Origin: an uncultured Gammaproteobacteria bacterium | Lineage (GTDB): Bacteria; Patescibacteriota; Patescibacteriia; Magasanikbacterales; UBA922 | Length of the DNA stretch: 42,214 bases | Direction: 5' to 3' | Assembly: GCA_964345045.1 (NCBI GenBank) | Contig: CAYFPM010000001.1 | Coordinates: forward strand, 1 to 42,214 | Shown: positions 9,214 through 17,491 of the stretch, one piece after another | Layout of the letters: each line of letters opens with the position of its first letter | How positions within the stretch are numbered: the stretch's first letter is position 1 | The notes under the pieces: generated by a model | Told to the model about the DNA's origin: nothing | Database searches by the model: none | Seen by the model: the letters and a program-made list of their open reading frames with translations, nothing else | Translations under genes and position numbers: made by a program

Positions 9214-9304
9214 CTGTCATTGCGAGGGAGAGATAGCGACCGTCGCAATCTCACACGAAAGTATTATAGATTGCTACGTCGCCTGCGGCTCCTCGCAATG
9301 ACAG
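9214..9304. repeat. 91-nt palindromic element with CTGTCATTGCGAGG...CCTCGCAATGACAG termini
   Basis: 14-nt perfect terminal inverted repeat. Internal arms AGCGACCGTCGCAATCT / AGATTGCTACGTCGC also pair. GC-rich relative to the flanks. Confidence 0.8.
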
Positions 9305-9315
9305 ATAAAAATAAT

Positions 9316-10077
9316 ATGGATAATAAATTAGAAAATATTGGTGTAGTAATCCTAGCAGCTGGCAAAGGGACTAGACTGGGTTGTGTTGACATCCCAAAGG
9401 TAATGCTCGAGCTAAATGGCAAGCCAATTATTAGTTACATTGTAGAAACTTTGAAAGAAATTGGTTTTGGCAAAGAGCAAATTATGTTGGTGGTTGGTTT
9501 TAAAAAAGAAAAAGTCATGGAATATTTTGGAGACGAAGTATCTTATATAAACCAAGAAGAACAATTGGGGACAGCCCATGCAGTGTATACAGGTTCAAAT
9601 GCTTTGCCACAAAATTTAGACACCGTACTAATTTTTCAAGGAGACGATAGCGCTTTTCTAAAACCAGAAACAGTTAAAAAATTAATCAATCAACATATAG
9701 AAAACAAGGCAGATTTCACGCTAATGACTGTAAATTCTGAAGACGAAACTCTGGGTAGAGTGATTAGAGATAAAACTGGAAAATTGGCAGATGTGCTAGA
9801 AAAAGAAGAAGTAAACGAAGAGAATGCACATATAAATGAGAGAAACACCAATACGTTTATTACTTCTCGTGCTTGGGAAGAAGATGTGTTCAAAAGATTG
9901 GAAAAAATAGAAGAAATAAATGAGTACGGGATCCCACAGTTTGTTCCAGCTGCCAGAAAAGAATTGGAAAAAGTAGAAGCTTTTACAATAGAAGATAGTA
10001 AAGAGTTTCATGGGATCAATACCCCAGAGCAACTGGAGGAAGCAAATAAAATTAAAACAAGTCATGCTGAGTGTTAA
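9316..10077 (+). CDS. Sugar-phosphate nucleotidyltransferase (GlmU N-terminal-domain-like)
   Basis: GVVILAAGKGTRL signature, QEEQLGTAHAV, FQGDD. I place the start at ATG 9316, downstream of the palindromic element. The track start at 9220 reads through the repeat. Confidence 0.8.
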   Translation: MDNKLENIGVVILAAGKGTRLGCVDIPKVMLELNGKPIISYIVETLKEIGFGKEQIMLVVGFKKEKVMEYFGDEVSYINQEEQLGTAHAVYTGSNALPQNLDTVLIFQGDDSAFLKPETVKKLINQHIENKADFTLMTVNSEDETLGRVIRDKTGKLADVLEKEEVNEENAHINERNTNTFITSRAWEEDVFKRLEKIEEINEYGIPQFVPAARKELEKVEAFTIEDSKEFHGINTPEQLEEANKIKTSHAEC

Positions 10078-10141
10078 CGAAGCATCTCTTCGGACTTCCC
10101 CTGGGATCCTTCTCCCGACTTTGGTCGGGATCAGGATGACT
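10078..10141. repeat. Single-arm copy of the 5283-5395 element (opposite orientation), ending TCAGGATGAC
   Basis: 10083-10140 matches the reverse complement of 5285-5342 with a handful of mismatches. Contains hairpin CCCGAC-TTTG-GTCGGG. Confidence 0.8.
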
Positions 10142-10187
10142 AAATTATCAATAATTCATAAATCTAGAATCCTAAATCATAAATAAT

Positions 10188-11342
10188 ATGATCGATGCTC
10201 TAACAATAGATTTGCAAAAAGATGGTTGGGAAAAATCGCGTGGTTTTATAAAACGCCAAGTAGAAATGCCCAAGCTAGAAGAGGGGGACGTAGCTTCGGT
10301 AATTGTAAAAGTAGAGTACGCCGGCATGTGTGGCTCGGATAGAGGTATTTGGAACAGAGCTGCTTTTACCGACATGTTCAAAGACTCATTAGGAAAAGAG
10401 GATAAGAGCCTGCGCATATTGGGGCATGAGTTTAGCGGTACTGTGGTAGAGGCCGGAGCAGCAGTAGAGGGGTTGTATGGTATTAGAGTAGGAGACCCTG
10501 TGTCTGGAGACTCACACGTTACTTGTGGCAAGTGTTTTCAATGTAGAGTTGGCGAACAAGAAGTGTGCCAAGATCAAAAAATACTTGGGATTTCTACAGA
10601 CGGAATTTTTGCTCCGTATGTAAAAATTCCAGCCAAAAATCTTTGGGTTGTAGATTACAATAGAGTCCGCCCAGAAATTTGTGCCTTATACGACCCGTTT
10701 GGCAATGCAGTACACGCCCTAACCAAAGTAGATTTGCGTGGAGCCAGAGTAGCTATATTTGGCTGTGGCCAAATTGGGATGTTTTCAATTCTCTTGGCCA
10801 GACAATTTGGGGCTGCCAAAATAATAGCTGTAGATGTAAACCCAGACAATGTAGAAATGGCCAAGCAGCTTGGCGCTCACGAAGGGATTGTGATAGAGAG
10901 AAAAGAAAAAGATCACAATTACGATAGCGATCCAGAAGTAATTGAAAGGATTATGGAGCTAACCTATGACAAAGGAGTAGATGTAAGTTTGGAAATGGCG
11001 GGGTTTAATTCTTCGGTAAACAATTGTATAGAATCAACCAGATTTGGTGGAGATATAATTTTGTTTGGGATCAAAGATGGAGATTTTACCGTGCCGAATT
11101 TTTCGAAGCTTGTGGTAAAAGGTCTTACACTTCACAATGTAATTGGTAGACAGGTTTTCAAAACTTGGCAAATTGCCCAAAGAGTTTTGTCTGACCGTTC
11201 GAACGGATTGCAAGATTTGATGTGGGGGATTGTAATGAAAGCTGGAGACGGAACAATTGTAAAACTTTCAGAATTTAGTCCAGAATTGATTGAAGAAAAA
11301 ATGAAGCAGTATCCGAAAATTATTTTTGATATGCAGAACTAA
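10188..11342 (+). CDS. tdh: L-threonine 3-dehydrogenase (zinc-dependent MDR family)
   Basis: GMCGSD, GHEFSGTVVEAG, structural-zinc CGKCFQCRVGEQEVC, GCGQIG Rossmann motif. Adjacent to kbl. Confidence 0.8.
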   Translation: MIDALTIDLQKDGWEKSRGFIKRQVEMPKLEEGDVASVIVKVEYAGMCGSDRGIWNRAAFTDMFKDSLGKEDKSLRILGHEFSGTVVEAGAAVEGLYGIRVGDPVSGDSHVTCGKCFQCRVGEQEVCQDQKILGISTDGIFAPYVKIPAKNLWVVDYNRVRPEICALYDPFGNAVHALTKVDLRGARVAIFGCGQIGMFSILLARQFGAAKIIAVDVNPDNVEMAKQLGAHEGIVIERKEKDHNYDSDPEVIERIMELTYDKGVDVSLEMAGFNSSVNNCIESTRFGGDIILFGIKDGDFTVPNFSKLVVKGLTLHNVIGRQVFKTWQIAQRVLSDRSNGLQDLMWGIVMKAGDGTIVKLSEFSPELIEEKMKQYPKIIFDMQN

Positions 11343-11348
11343 TTAATG

Positions 11349-11420
11349 TACGAATTGCGAATAGTACGAATATACGAATTCTTTTCTTATATTCGTGCAT
11401 TCGCAAAATTCGTAATTCGA
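11349..11420. repeat. Imperfect palindrome built from TACGAAT-type heptamers (tdh-kbl spacer)
   Basis: Left arm TACGAATTGCGAATAGTACGAATAT pairs with right arm ATATTCGTGCATTCGCAAAATTCGTA. The loop contains ACGAATTCTTTTCTT. Confidence 0.7.
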
Positions 11421-11430
11421 ACATAATATT

Positions 11431-12612
11431 ATGTCTAAAAAACTTTTACAATTTGCAGCCAAAACTTTGGAGGAGATTAAAGAACAAGGACTTTTTAAAG
11501 AAGAGCGAATTTTGGAAACTCCACAAAATGCGGCTATCGAAGCCAACAATAAGGAAGTGCTAAATTTTTGCTCTAACAATTATCTAGGCCTTGCCAATGA
11601 TTCTAGATTGTTAGAATCTGCTCACGAAGCTTTGGAAAAATGGGGCTTTGGTATGAGTTCGGTGCGTTTTATTTGTGGTACTCAAACTCAACACAAAGAA
11701 CTCGAAAGTAAAATTAGTAAGTTTCTTGGTACCGACGACACGATTCTTTATTCTTCTTGTTTCGATGCCAATGGCGGACTATTTGAAACTTTGCTTGGAC
11801 CAGAAGATGCTATTATTTCCGACCGATTAAACCATGCATCTATTATTGACGGAGTTAGACTTTGCAAAGCCGAACGCCATGTGTACGCCAACAACAATAT
11901 GGAGGAGCTAGAAGAAATATTGAAAAAAACAAAGGACAAAAGATTTCGCCTAATTGCCACCGATGGGGTGTTTAGTATGGATGGAATTATTGCCGACCTC
12001 AAAGCTATTTGCGATTTGGCCGACAAGTACGATGCTCTGGTAATGGTAGACGATTCGCACGCCACTGGTTTTATAGGAGAAAATGGCAAAGGTTCGGTAG
12101 AGCATTGCGGGGTAGAGGGTCGGGTAGATATTATTACTTCTACCCTTGGCAAAGCTTTGGGTGGGGCTAGCGGTGGTTTTACTTCTGGTAGAAAAGAGAT
12201 TATAGATTTGCTCCGTCAACGCTCTCGTCCTTATCTTTTTTCCAATACTTTGGCTCCGGTGATCGTTGGGACTTCTTTAAAAGTTTTGGATATTTTGGAA
12301 AGTAGCAAAGACCAAATAAAAAAACTGCGTGATAACACAGAATATTTTCGAGAAAAAATGGAAGCAGCGGGATTTGAACTGTCTGGCAAAGTACACCCAA
12401 TTACTCCAGTTATGCTATACGACGAAAAGGTAGCCGTTGAAATGTCTAAGAGGTTGCTCGAAAAAGGGATTTATGTGATTGGGTTTAGCTACCCAGTAGT
12501 ACCAAAAGGCCAGGCCAGAATACGGGTACAAGTTTCGGCTGCTCATTCGCGAGATCAACTAGACAAGTGTATTGATGCTTTTGTAGAAGTTAAGAAGGAA
12601 ATGAATATGTAA
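11431..12612 (+). CDS. kbl: 2-amino-3-ketobutyrate CoA ligase (glycine C-acetyltransferase)
   Basis: [44 protein letters not shown] (PLP lysine region). Confidence 0.92.
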   Translation: MSKKLLQFAAKTLEEIKEQGLFKEERILETPQNAAIEANNKEVLNFCSNNYLGLANDSRLLESAHEALEKWGFGMSSVRFICGTQTQHKELESKISKFLGTDDTILYSSCFDANGGLFETLLGPEDAIISDRLNHASIIDGVRLCKAERHVYANNNMEELEEILKKTKDKRFRLIATDGVFSMDGIIADLKAICDLADKYDALVMVDDSHATGFIGENGKGSVEHCGVEGRVDIITSTLGKALGGASGGFTSGRKEIIDLLRQRSRPYLFSNTLAPVIVGTSLKVLDILESSKDQIKKLRDNTEYFREKMEAAGFELSGKVHPITPVMLYDEKVAVEMSKRLLEKGIYVIGFSYPVVPKGQARIRVQVSAAHSRDQLDKCIDAFVEVKKEMNM

Positions 12613-12632
12613 AAAGTGTTTAGAAATGATGA

Positions 12633-12665
12633 AGCCCCCGGCGCGCGCAGTGCGTGCCGGGGGCG
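12633..12665. terminator. GC-rich hairpin between convergent kbl and the 82-aa ORF
   Basis: CCCCCGGC-13 nt-GCCGGGGG. No clear U tract on either side, so terminator function is inferred from position only. Confidence 0.5.
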
Positions 12666-12676
12666 GGTTGAGGAAA

Positions 12677-12925
12677 TCAGGAAGGGAGCTTAATTTCCCT
12701 CCTCTCTACTTCTTCTTCGCTGCTGATCGTGATCAGCCCTACGATGGTGAGGATGACCCCACCGAAGGCGTAGAACATGTAGTGTTCCGGCAGCCAGGCC
12801 CAGATTGGGTCTGCCGTGTACGACTTGTAGAGGTTGTTGTACAACCCCACGAAGATCGTAGACATGGAGATGATGAATAGAACGGTGAGGATGATCAGTA
12901 GAGCCCAGTGCAAAATTTTGTTCAT
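12677..12925 (-). CDS. Hypothetical small membrane protein (82 aa, two TM helices), GC-rich orphan
   Basis: TM helices WALLIILTVLFIISMSTIFVGL and FYAFGGVILTIVGLITI. Consensus promoter upstream. Confidence 0.65.
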   Translation of the reverse strand: MNKILHWALLIILTVLFIISMSTIFVGLYNNLYKSYTADPIWAWLPEHYMFYAFGGVILTIVGLITISSEEEVERREIKLPS

Positions 12926-12993
12926 TTGTTCCTCGATAGCGCTGGTTGCGCCATTGTCACCGAACGCCTCTGTGGCGTAAAAGTGAACATCAA

Positions 12994-13022
12994 ATTATAT
13001 CACAGAAAGACCCTTTTGTCAA
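12994..13022 (-). promoter_or_regulatory. Consensus sigma70 promoter for the 82-aa ORF
   Basis: Minus strand: TTGACA (13022-13017), exactly 17 nt, TATAAT (12999-12994). The predicted 5' UTR is about 60 nt with GAGGAA before the ATG. Confidence 0.7.
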
Positions 13023-13069
13023 TATAAATAAGAAGAAATTTGGCTTAAATAAGGTAAAAATATAAAATG

Positions 13070-13135
13070 TGGACAGCCGAGGGGTTCCCTCGCATGCTCC
13101 CTCCTACGTCGGTCACGACGCTCGGGATGACAATT
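13070..13135. repeat. GC-rich REP-like insert immediately upstream of glmS, ending CTCGGGATGAC
   Basis: Shares the ...GGGAT(N)GATGAC end with 10078-10141. Has an internal CGTCG-GTCA-CGACG hairpin. It is read as a false N-terminal extension in the ORF track. Confidence 0.6.
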
Positions 13136-13144
13136 TTAAATGTT

Positions 13145-15007
13145 ATGTGTGGAATAATAGGTTACATAGGAAAAAAAGAAGCAGCGCCGATATTGTTAAA
13201 AGGTCTGCGTCGTTTGGAGTACCGTGGGTACGATTCGGCCGGTTTGGCGGTATTGAGCGAAAAGCGAAAAGCGGAAAGCGAAAAGCCTGAGTTTTTATTG
13301 GGCAGAATCCGTTCGGTTGGAAAGATCGACAATCTTGCTGACAAGATGAAAGGGCAAGCTTTGGCAGGAAGCGTTGGAATTGCTCATACTCGTTGGGCCA
13401 CTCATGGTAGTGTGACCGAAGAAAATGCTCACCCACATGTAGTAATGAATGGCGACTTGGCACTAGTACACAATGGAATTATAGAAAATTATCGCGAACT
13501 AAAAGAGCAGCTAAAAGAAACGGAGTTTAAATCAGAAACAGATTCAGAAGTTTTGGCGCATCTTGTTGCTAAACATTATGAACAAGGAACAAAAAACAAT
13601 TTGCGTGAAGCAGTGGTTAGTGCACTTAAGCATGTTCGTGGAACTTACGGTCTCGTAGTCATGCACAAAGACCATCCAGAAAGTTTGATAGCCGCCAGAA
13701 TGGGGAGCCCTTTGGTAGTAGGAATTGGAGAAGACGAATACTTTTTGGCTAGTGATCCAACTCCAATTATGGCGCACACCAAAAAAGTAGTTTATCTAAA
13801 CGATGGCGAAGTAGCAGAAATAAAAAAGGATCATTTGGAAGTTTCTAATTTGAAAGATGAAGCTGTGACAGCTTGTGTAGAACAAATTGATTGGAGTGAC
13901 GAAGAAGCCGAAAAGCAAGGTTACGAGCATTTTATGCTCAAAGAAATTTTTGACCAGCCAACAGTGTTTGAAGATGCTATTCGGGGAAGAGTAGATATAG
14001 AAGAAGGCACAGCCCACCTAGGTGGACTAAATATGACAGCCGAAGAAATGCGTCGTATTCATCGCATTACTCTAATTGCTTGTGGAACTGCCTCTTATGC
14101 GGCTATGGTGGGCAAGTATGCCTTCGAGCGTTTGGCCGGGATTCCTACCGAGGTAGAAGTAGCCAGCGAATTTCGTTATCGCGATCCTATACTAGACAAG
14201 CACACTTTGGTATTTGGTGTTTCTCAGTCTGGAGAAACAGCAGACACCATTGCTGCCCTCCGCGAGGCCAAGCGAAAAGGGGCTTATGTGCGCGGGATTG
14301 TAAACGTAGTAGGCTCTACCATTTCTCGTGAGACCGATGGCGGAACTTATATTCACGCTGGCCCAGAACTAGCGGTAGCTTCTACCAAAGCTTATACCAA
14401 CATGATCGCGATTCTTATTCTTTATGCCATTCAGTTTGGTAGATCTAGAAGAGTCACCCCAGCTACTGGCCAAAGATTAATCAAAGCACTTTTGGAAATC
14501 CCAGGGAAAATGCAAGAAATTTTGGAGCAGTCAGACGAGATTAAAAAAATTGCAGAAAAATATTTGAATTACAAAGATTGTTTCTTTTTGGGTAGGGGGA
14601 TCAACTTTCCAGTAGCTTTAGAAGGTTCTCTAAAACTAAAAGAAATTTCTTATATTCACTCCGAAGCTTACCCAGGTGGAGAAATGAAACATGGTCCGAT
14701 TGCTCTACTTTCGCCAGATTTTCCAGTAATTGCGCTAATGACCAAAAATCAACTGTACGACAAAATGCGTAGCAATGTAGAAGAAATAAAAGCCAGAAAT
14801 AGCAAAGTGCTTTTGATAGCCAATACTGGAGACGAAAAGGCTGCGGAATTGGCCGATGATGTAATATATATCCCCCCAACCATGGAATTGCTCGAACCAC
14901 TTTTGAATACAATCCCATTGCAATTGTTTGCTTATCACACGGCAGTTTTGCTTGGCAAAGATGTAGACCGACCAAGGAATTTGGCTAAGTCAGTAACTGT
15001 GGAGTAG
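13145..15007 (+). CDS. glmS: Glutamine--fructose-6-phosphate aminotransferase
   Basis: Canonical MCGIIGY start (Cys2 nucleophile), RLEYRGYDSAG, HTRWATHG, SQSGETADT, C-terminal NLAKSVTVE. Confidence 0.95.
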   Translation: MCGIIGYIGKKEAAPILLKGLRRLEYRGYDSAGLAVLSEKRKAESEKPEFLLGRIRSVGKIDNLADKMKGQALAGSVGIAHTRWATHGSVTEENAHPHVVMNGDLALVHNGIIENYRELKEQLKETEFKSETDSEVLAHLVAKHYEQGTKNNLREAVVSALKHVRGTYGLVVMHKDHPESLIAARMGSPLVVGIGEDEYFLASDPTPIMAHTKKVVYLNDGEVAEIKKDHLEVSNLKDEAVTACVEQIDWSDEEAEKQGYEHFMLKEIFDQPTVFEDAIRGRVDIEEGTAHLGGLNMTAEEMRRIHRITLIACGTASYAAMVGKYAFERLAGIPTEVEVASEFRYRDPILDKHTLVFGVSQSGETADTIAALREAKRKGAYVRGIVNVVGSTISRETDGGTYIHAGPELAVASTKAYTNMIAILILYAIQFGRSRRVTPATGQRLIKALLEIPGKMQEILEQSDEIKKIAEKYLNYKDCFFLGRGINFPVALEGSLKLKEISYIHSEAYPGGEMKHGPIALLSPDFPVIALMTKNQLYDKMRSNVEEIKARNSKVLLIANTGDEKAAELADDVIYIPPTMELLEPLLNTIPLQLFAYHTAVLLGKDVDRPRNLAKSVTVE

Positions 15008-15025
15008 ACGCTGATTACGCAGATT
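15008..15025. repeat. Left arm of the inverted repeat bracketing the GxxExxY gene
   Basis: ACGCTGATTACGCAGATT starts the base after the glmS stop codon. A degenerate second copy GGATTACGCGGATT lies at 15032-15045. Confidence 0.75.
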
Positions 15026-15122
15026 GTAGAAGGATTACGCGGATTTTATTTATAAACTAAGGAGGAAATATGGAATCAAGTTATAAATACACAGATCTAC
15101 TTATGCTATTATTGGTGCAGCA

Positions 15123-15500
15123 ATGAAGGTTCATTCAGAAATCGGTCCTGGTTTTAAAGAAATTATTTATCATAGAGCATTACTGATAGAATTAGAAAAA
15201 ATAGGTTACCAAGTTTTTTCTGAGAAACAATTTCAAGTTTTATATCAAGATAAAAATGTAGGAGCATTCAGGGTCGATTTATTAGTAGATTCTCAAATAG
15301 TAGTAGAACTTAAATCAGTTACTGGGATGATGCCAAAATTATTTCAAACACAAATAATTTCTTATTTAAAAGCTAGCTCTAAAGATGTTGGCTTATTAAT
15401 AAATTTTGGTAATAATAGTTTGGAAGTTAAAAGATTTGCAAATGATCGAAATAGAGAATCTGCGAAATCATTAATTAATCAGAGTAATCAGCGTTTATGA
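15123..15500 (+). CDS. GxxExxY-family protein (PD-(D/E)XK-like), N-terminus apparently frameshifted
   Basis: IGPGFKEIIYHRAL, RVDLLVDSQIVVELKSV, GLLINFG. The conserved YAIIGAAMKVH lies upstream of this Met in the same frame but has no start codon there. An SD-led ATG at 15070 is in another frame. Confidence 0.7.
   Translation: MKVHSEIGPGFKEIIYHRALLIELEKIGYQVFSEKQFQVLYQDKNVGAFRVDLLVDSQIVVELKSVTGMMPKLFQTQIISYLKASSKDVGLLINFGNNSLEVKRFANDRNRESAKSLINQSNQRL
15457..15494. repeat. Right arm of the inverted repeat bracketing the GxxExxY gene
   Basis: AATCTGCG[20-nt filler]TAATCAGCGT equals the reverse complement of 15008-15025 when the filler is skipped. It ends 2 nt before the next gene's ATG. Confidence 0.7.
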
Positions 15501-16153
15501 AGTTTGAAGCAGTTATTTTTGACATGGATGGCTTGCTTATCGATAGCCAAGATTATTGGTCAGAAGCAGACAAAGAATTCTTTCGCAAAAGAGGTGTAGA
15601 GCCCACCGAGGAGTTGATAACAGAATGGAAAAGAAAGTTAATGGGACAAAGTATGCTAGAAGGGAGTAAGAAACTGAAAAAAGCTTTTTCTCTTGCCGAA
15701 TCGGTTGAAGATATCGTAGCCGAGAGAATCAAGTTAACAGACAAAATTTATACAGATTTTACCAAAGCTTTTGCTGGAGCAGACAAGTTGGTTCGTTATT
15801 TAAACAAGCAAAATCAAGTGCAGGCTATTGCATCTGGCTCTTATTTGTATAGAATAGAGACTGTGGTCAAAAGATTTGGTTGGGAAAATTTGTTTAATAC
15901 TTTGGTCTCGAGTGATCATGTGGGGGCAAAGGGCAAACCAGCTCCAGATATTTATCTTTATACAGCCAAAGAATTACAAGTCGATCCGGAGAGTTGTGTA
16001 GTTTTTGAAGATGCCAAGAACGGAATTGAGTCGGCCAAAGCTGCTGGTATGAAATGTATTGCCATTCCAGACGAAGTGGTTGATCCCAAGGATGCCGATC
16101 TTGTTGTAGATTCTCTAGAAGACAAACGTATTTTTGAATATTTAGGTTTATGA
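15497..16153 (+). CDS. HAD-superfamily hydrolase (beta-phosphoglucomutase-like subfamily)
   Basis: VIFDMDGLLIDS motif I, GKPAPDIYL, VVFEDAKNGIESAKAAGM. Confidence 0.85.
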   Translation: MKFEAVIFDMDGLLIDSQDYWSEADKEFFRKRGVEPTEELITEWKRKLMGQSMLEGSKKLKKAFSLAESVEDIVAERIKLTDKIYTDFTKAFAGADKLVRYLNKQNQVQAIASGSYLYRIETVVKRFGWENLFNTLVSSDHVGAKGKPAPDIYLYTAKELQVDPESCVVFEDAKNGIESAKAAGMKCIAIPDEVVDPKDADLVVDSLEDKRIFEYLGL

Positions 16154-17106
16154 AAAAAAGAAAAGTAGTTGTTTTTGGTGGAGGCAATGGTAGTGCCACC
16201 ACTCTTCGTGCTATGAAAAGAAATATAGATTTGTTCGATATTTCTGCAGTTATATCTGTAAGTGATTCGGGGGGATCCTCTGGCCAGTTGCGTGAAGAAT
16301 TCAATACCTTGCCAGCCGGAGATATTTTGCGAGCAGTTTTGGCTTTGTCTCCAATTGGCTATAGATCAATTCTAAAACCATATTTTTATGGCAAACGTTT
16401 TGAAAACACTGGCAAACTAGATGGTCACAATTTAGGTAATTTGTTTTTGGTTTTGGCAGCTAACTATTGTGGAGATTTTGTAAAAGCTATTAGAGCTTTG
16501 GAGCAAGCTGTTAGGGCACAAGGAAAAGTTTATCCAGCTAGTTTGGATAATGTTCAGCTCGCCGCCGAGCTAACCAATGGCGAAATAGTTCAAACAGAAG
16601 CAAAATTAGACAGACCAGATTACGACAGAAATTTAAAAATTAAAAAAGTTTATCTAGATCCTCCGGGAGAAATTTATTCGGAAGTTAAAAAAGTTATAGA
16701 GGAGGCAGATTTTATATTACTAGGACCAGGTAGTTTGTATACCAGTGTAGTAGCTTCTATTTTGCCAAAGGGGATAAAAGAGGCAATTGATAAATCAAAA
16801 GCAAAATTGGTTTATATCGCTGGTAATAAATATGAAATGGAAGGAGAAACTGGCCCTACCGCCTTGCATGAGTTTGTAGCAGAGTTAGAAAAATATTTGC
16901 CAAGAAAATTGGATTCGGTAATTTTTAACAACATGAAATTAACCAAGGAGCAAGCCAAACATTACGAAGAAAAGAAATGGAAGTTGATTGATTCTGATAT
17001 GAGTAAGCTTAAAGATTATTTAGTTTTTTCCGAGCCGTTTGAAAGACAAAGTGGGGGATTGTCGGCCGAAAGATTGGGGATGCTTCTTCGCGAGGCCTTG
17101 AGTTAA
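16150..17106 (+). CDS. YvcK/CofD-family protein (UPF0052, gluconeogenesis-factor-like)
   Basis: VVFGGGNGSATTLRAMK, SVSDSGGSSG.LR, GHNLGNLFL, LGPGSLYTSV. ATGA overlap with the upstream gene. Confidence 0.85.
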   Translation: MKKRKVVVFGGGNGSATTLRAMKRNIDLFDISAVISVSDSGGSSGQLREEFNTLPAGDILRAVLALSPIGYRSILKPYFYGKRFENTGKLDGHNLGNLFLVLAANYCGDFVKAIRALEQAVRAQGKVYPASLDNVQLAAELTNGEIVQTEAKLDRPDYDRNLKIKKVYLDPPGEIYSEVKKVIEEADFILLGPGSLYTSVVASILPKGIKEAIDKSKAKLVYIAGNKYEMEGETGPTALHEFVAELEKYLPRKLDSVIFNNMKLTKEQAKHYEEKKWKLIDSDMSKLKDYLVFSEPFERQSGGLSAERLGMLLREALS

Positions 17107-17137
17107 CATGAGTCAAATATCATATAACCTGTAACAT

Positions 17138-17470
17138 ATGGAGATTAAAAAGCAAAAAGAAGATAGAGCCTATTCTGTAAAATTTAGCTTAGAGGAAGAT
17201 GGCAAAGAGGTTGGTCGTGCCAGACTCTATATTATATATAATGATTTGCGTGAAGAGCCTTATGGCCTAATGGAAGATGTTTTTGTAGACGAAAGCTATC
17301 GTGGAAAGGGCTTGGGTACAAAACTTATTCAGGCTCTAATAGAAGAAGCCAAACAAATTGGTTGTTCCAAACTGATTGGCCAGAGTAGATATGGTAGAGA
17401 AGAAGTGCACCAGCTTTATGAAAAGTTAGGCTTTCGCGACCATGGCAAAAATTTTCGGATGGACTTTTAG
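17138..17470 (+). CDS. GNAT-family N-acetyltransferase
   Basis: Acetyl-CoA site VFVDESYRGKGLGTKLIQALIEEAK. Confidence 0.85.
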   Translation: MEIKKQKEDRAYSVKFSLEEDGKEVGRARLYIIYNDLREEPYGLMEDVFVDESYRGKGLGTKLIQALIEEAKQIGCSKLIGQSRYGREEVHQLYEKLGFRDHGKNFRMDF

Positions 17471-17491
17471 AAATTAAAAATTGTAGATCAA

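Noticed and set aside
9220-9315. N-terminal extension of the nucleotidyltransferase ORF (MRGRDSDRRNLTRKYYRLLRRLRLLAMT...)
   Set aside because: The translated sequence is the 91-nt palindromic element. The conserved domain begins right after the ATG at 9316.
12930-13144. Possible glmS ribozyme upstream of glmS
   Set aside because: No recognisable ribozyme core. The region is taken up by the divergent promoter/leader of the 82-aa ORF and a REP-like insert.
13067-13144. N-terminal extension of glmS
   Set aside because: GlmS requires Cys as residue 2 (MCGI...), which fixes the start at 13145. The extension is a translated REP-like element.
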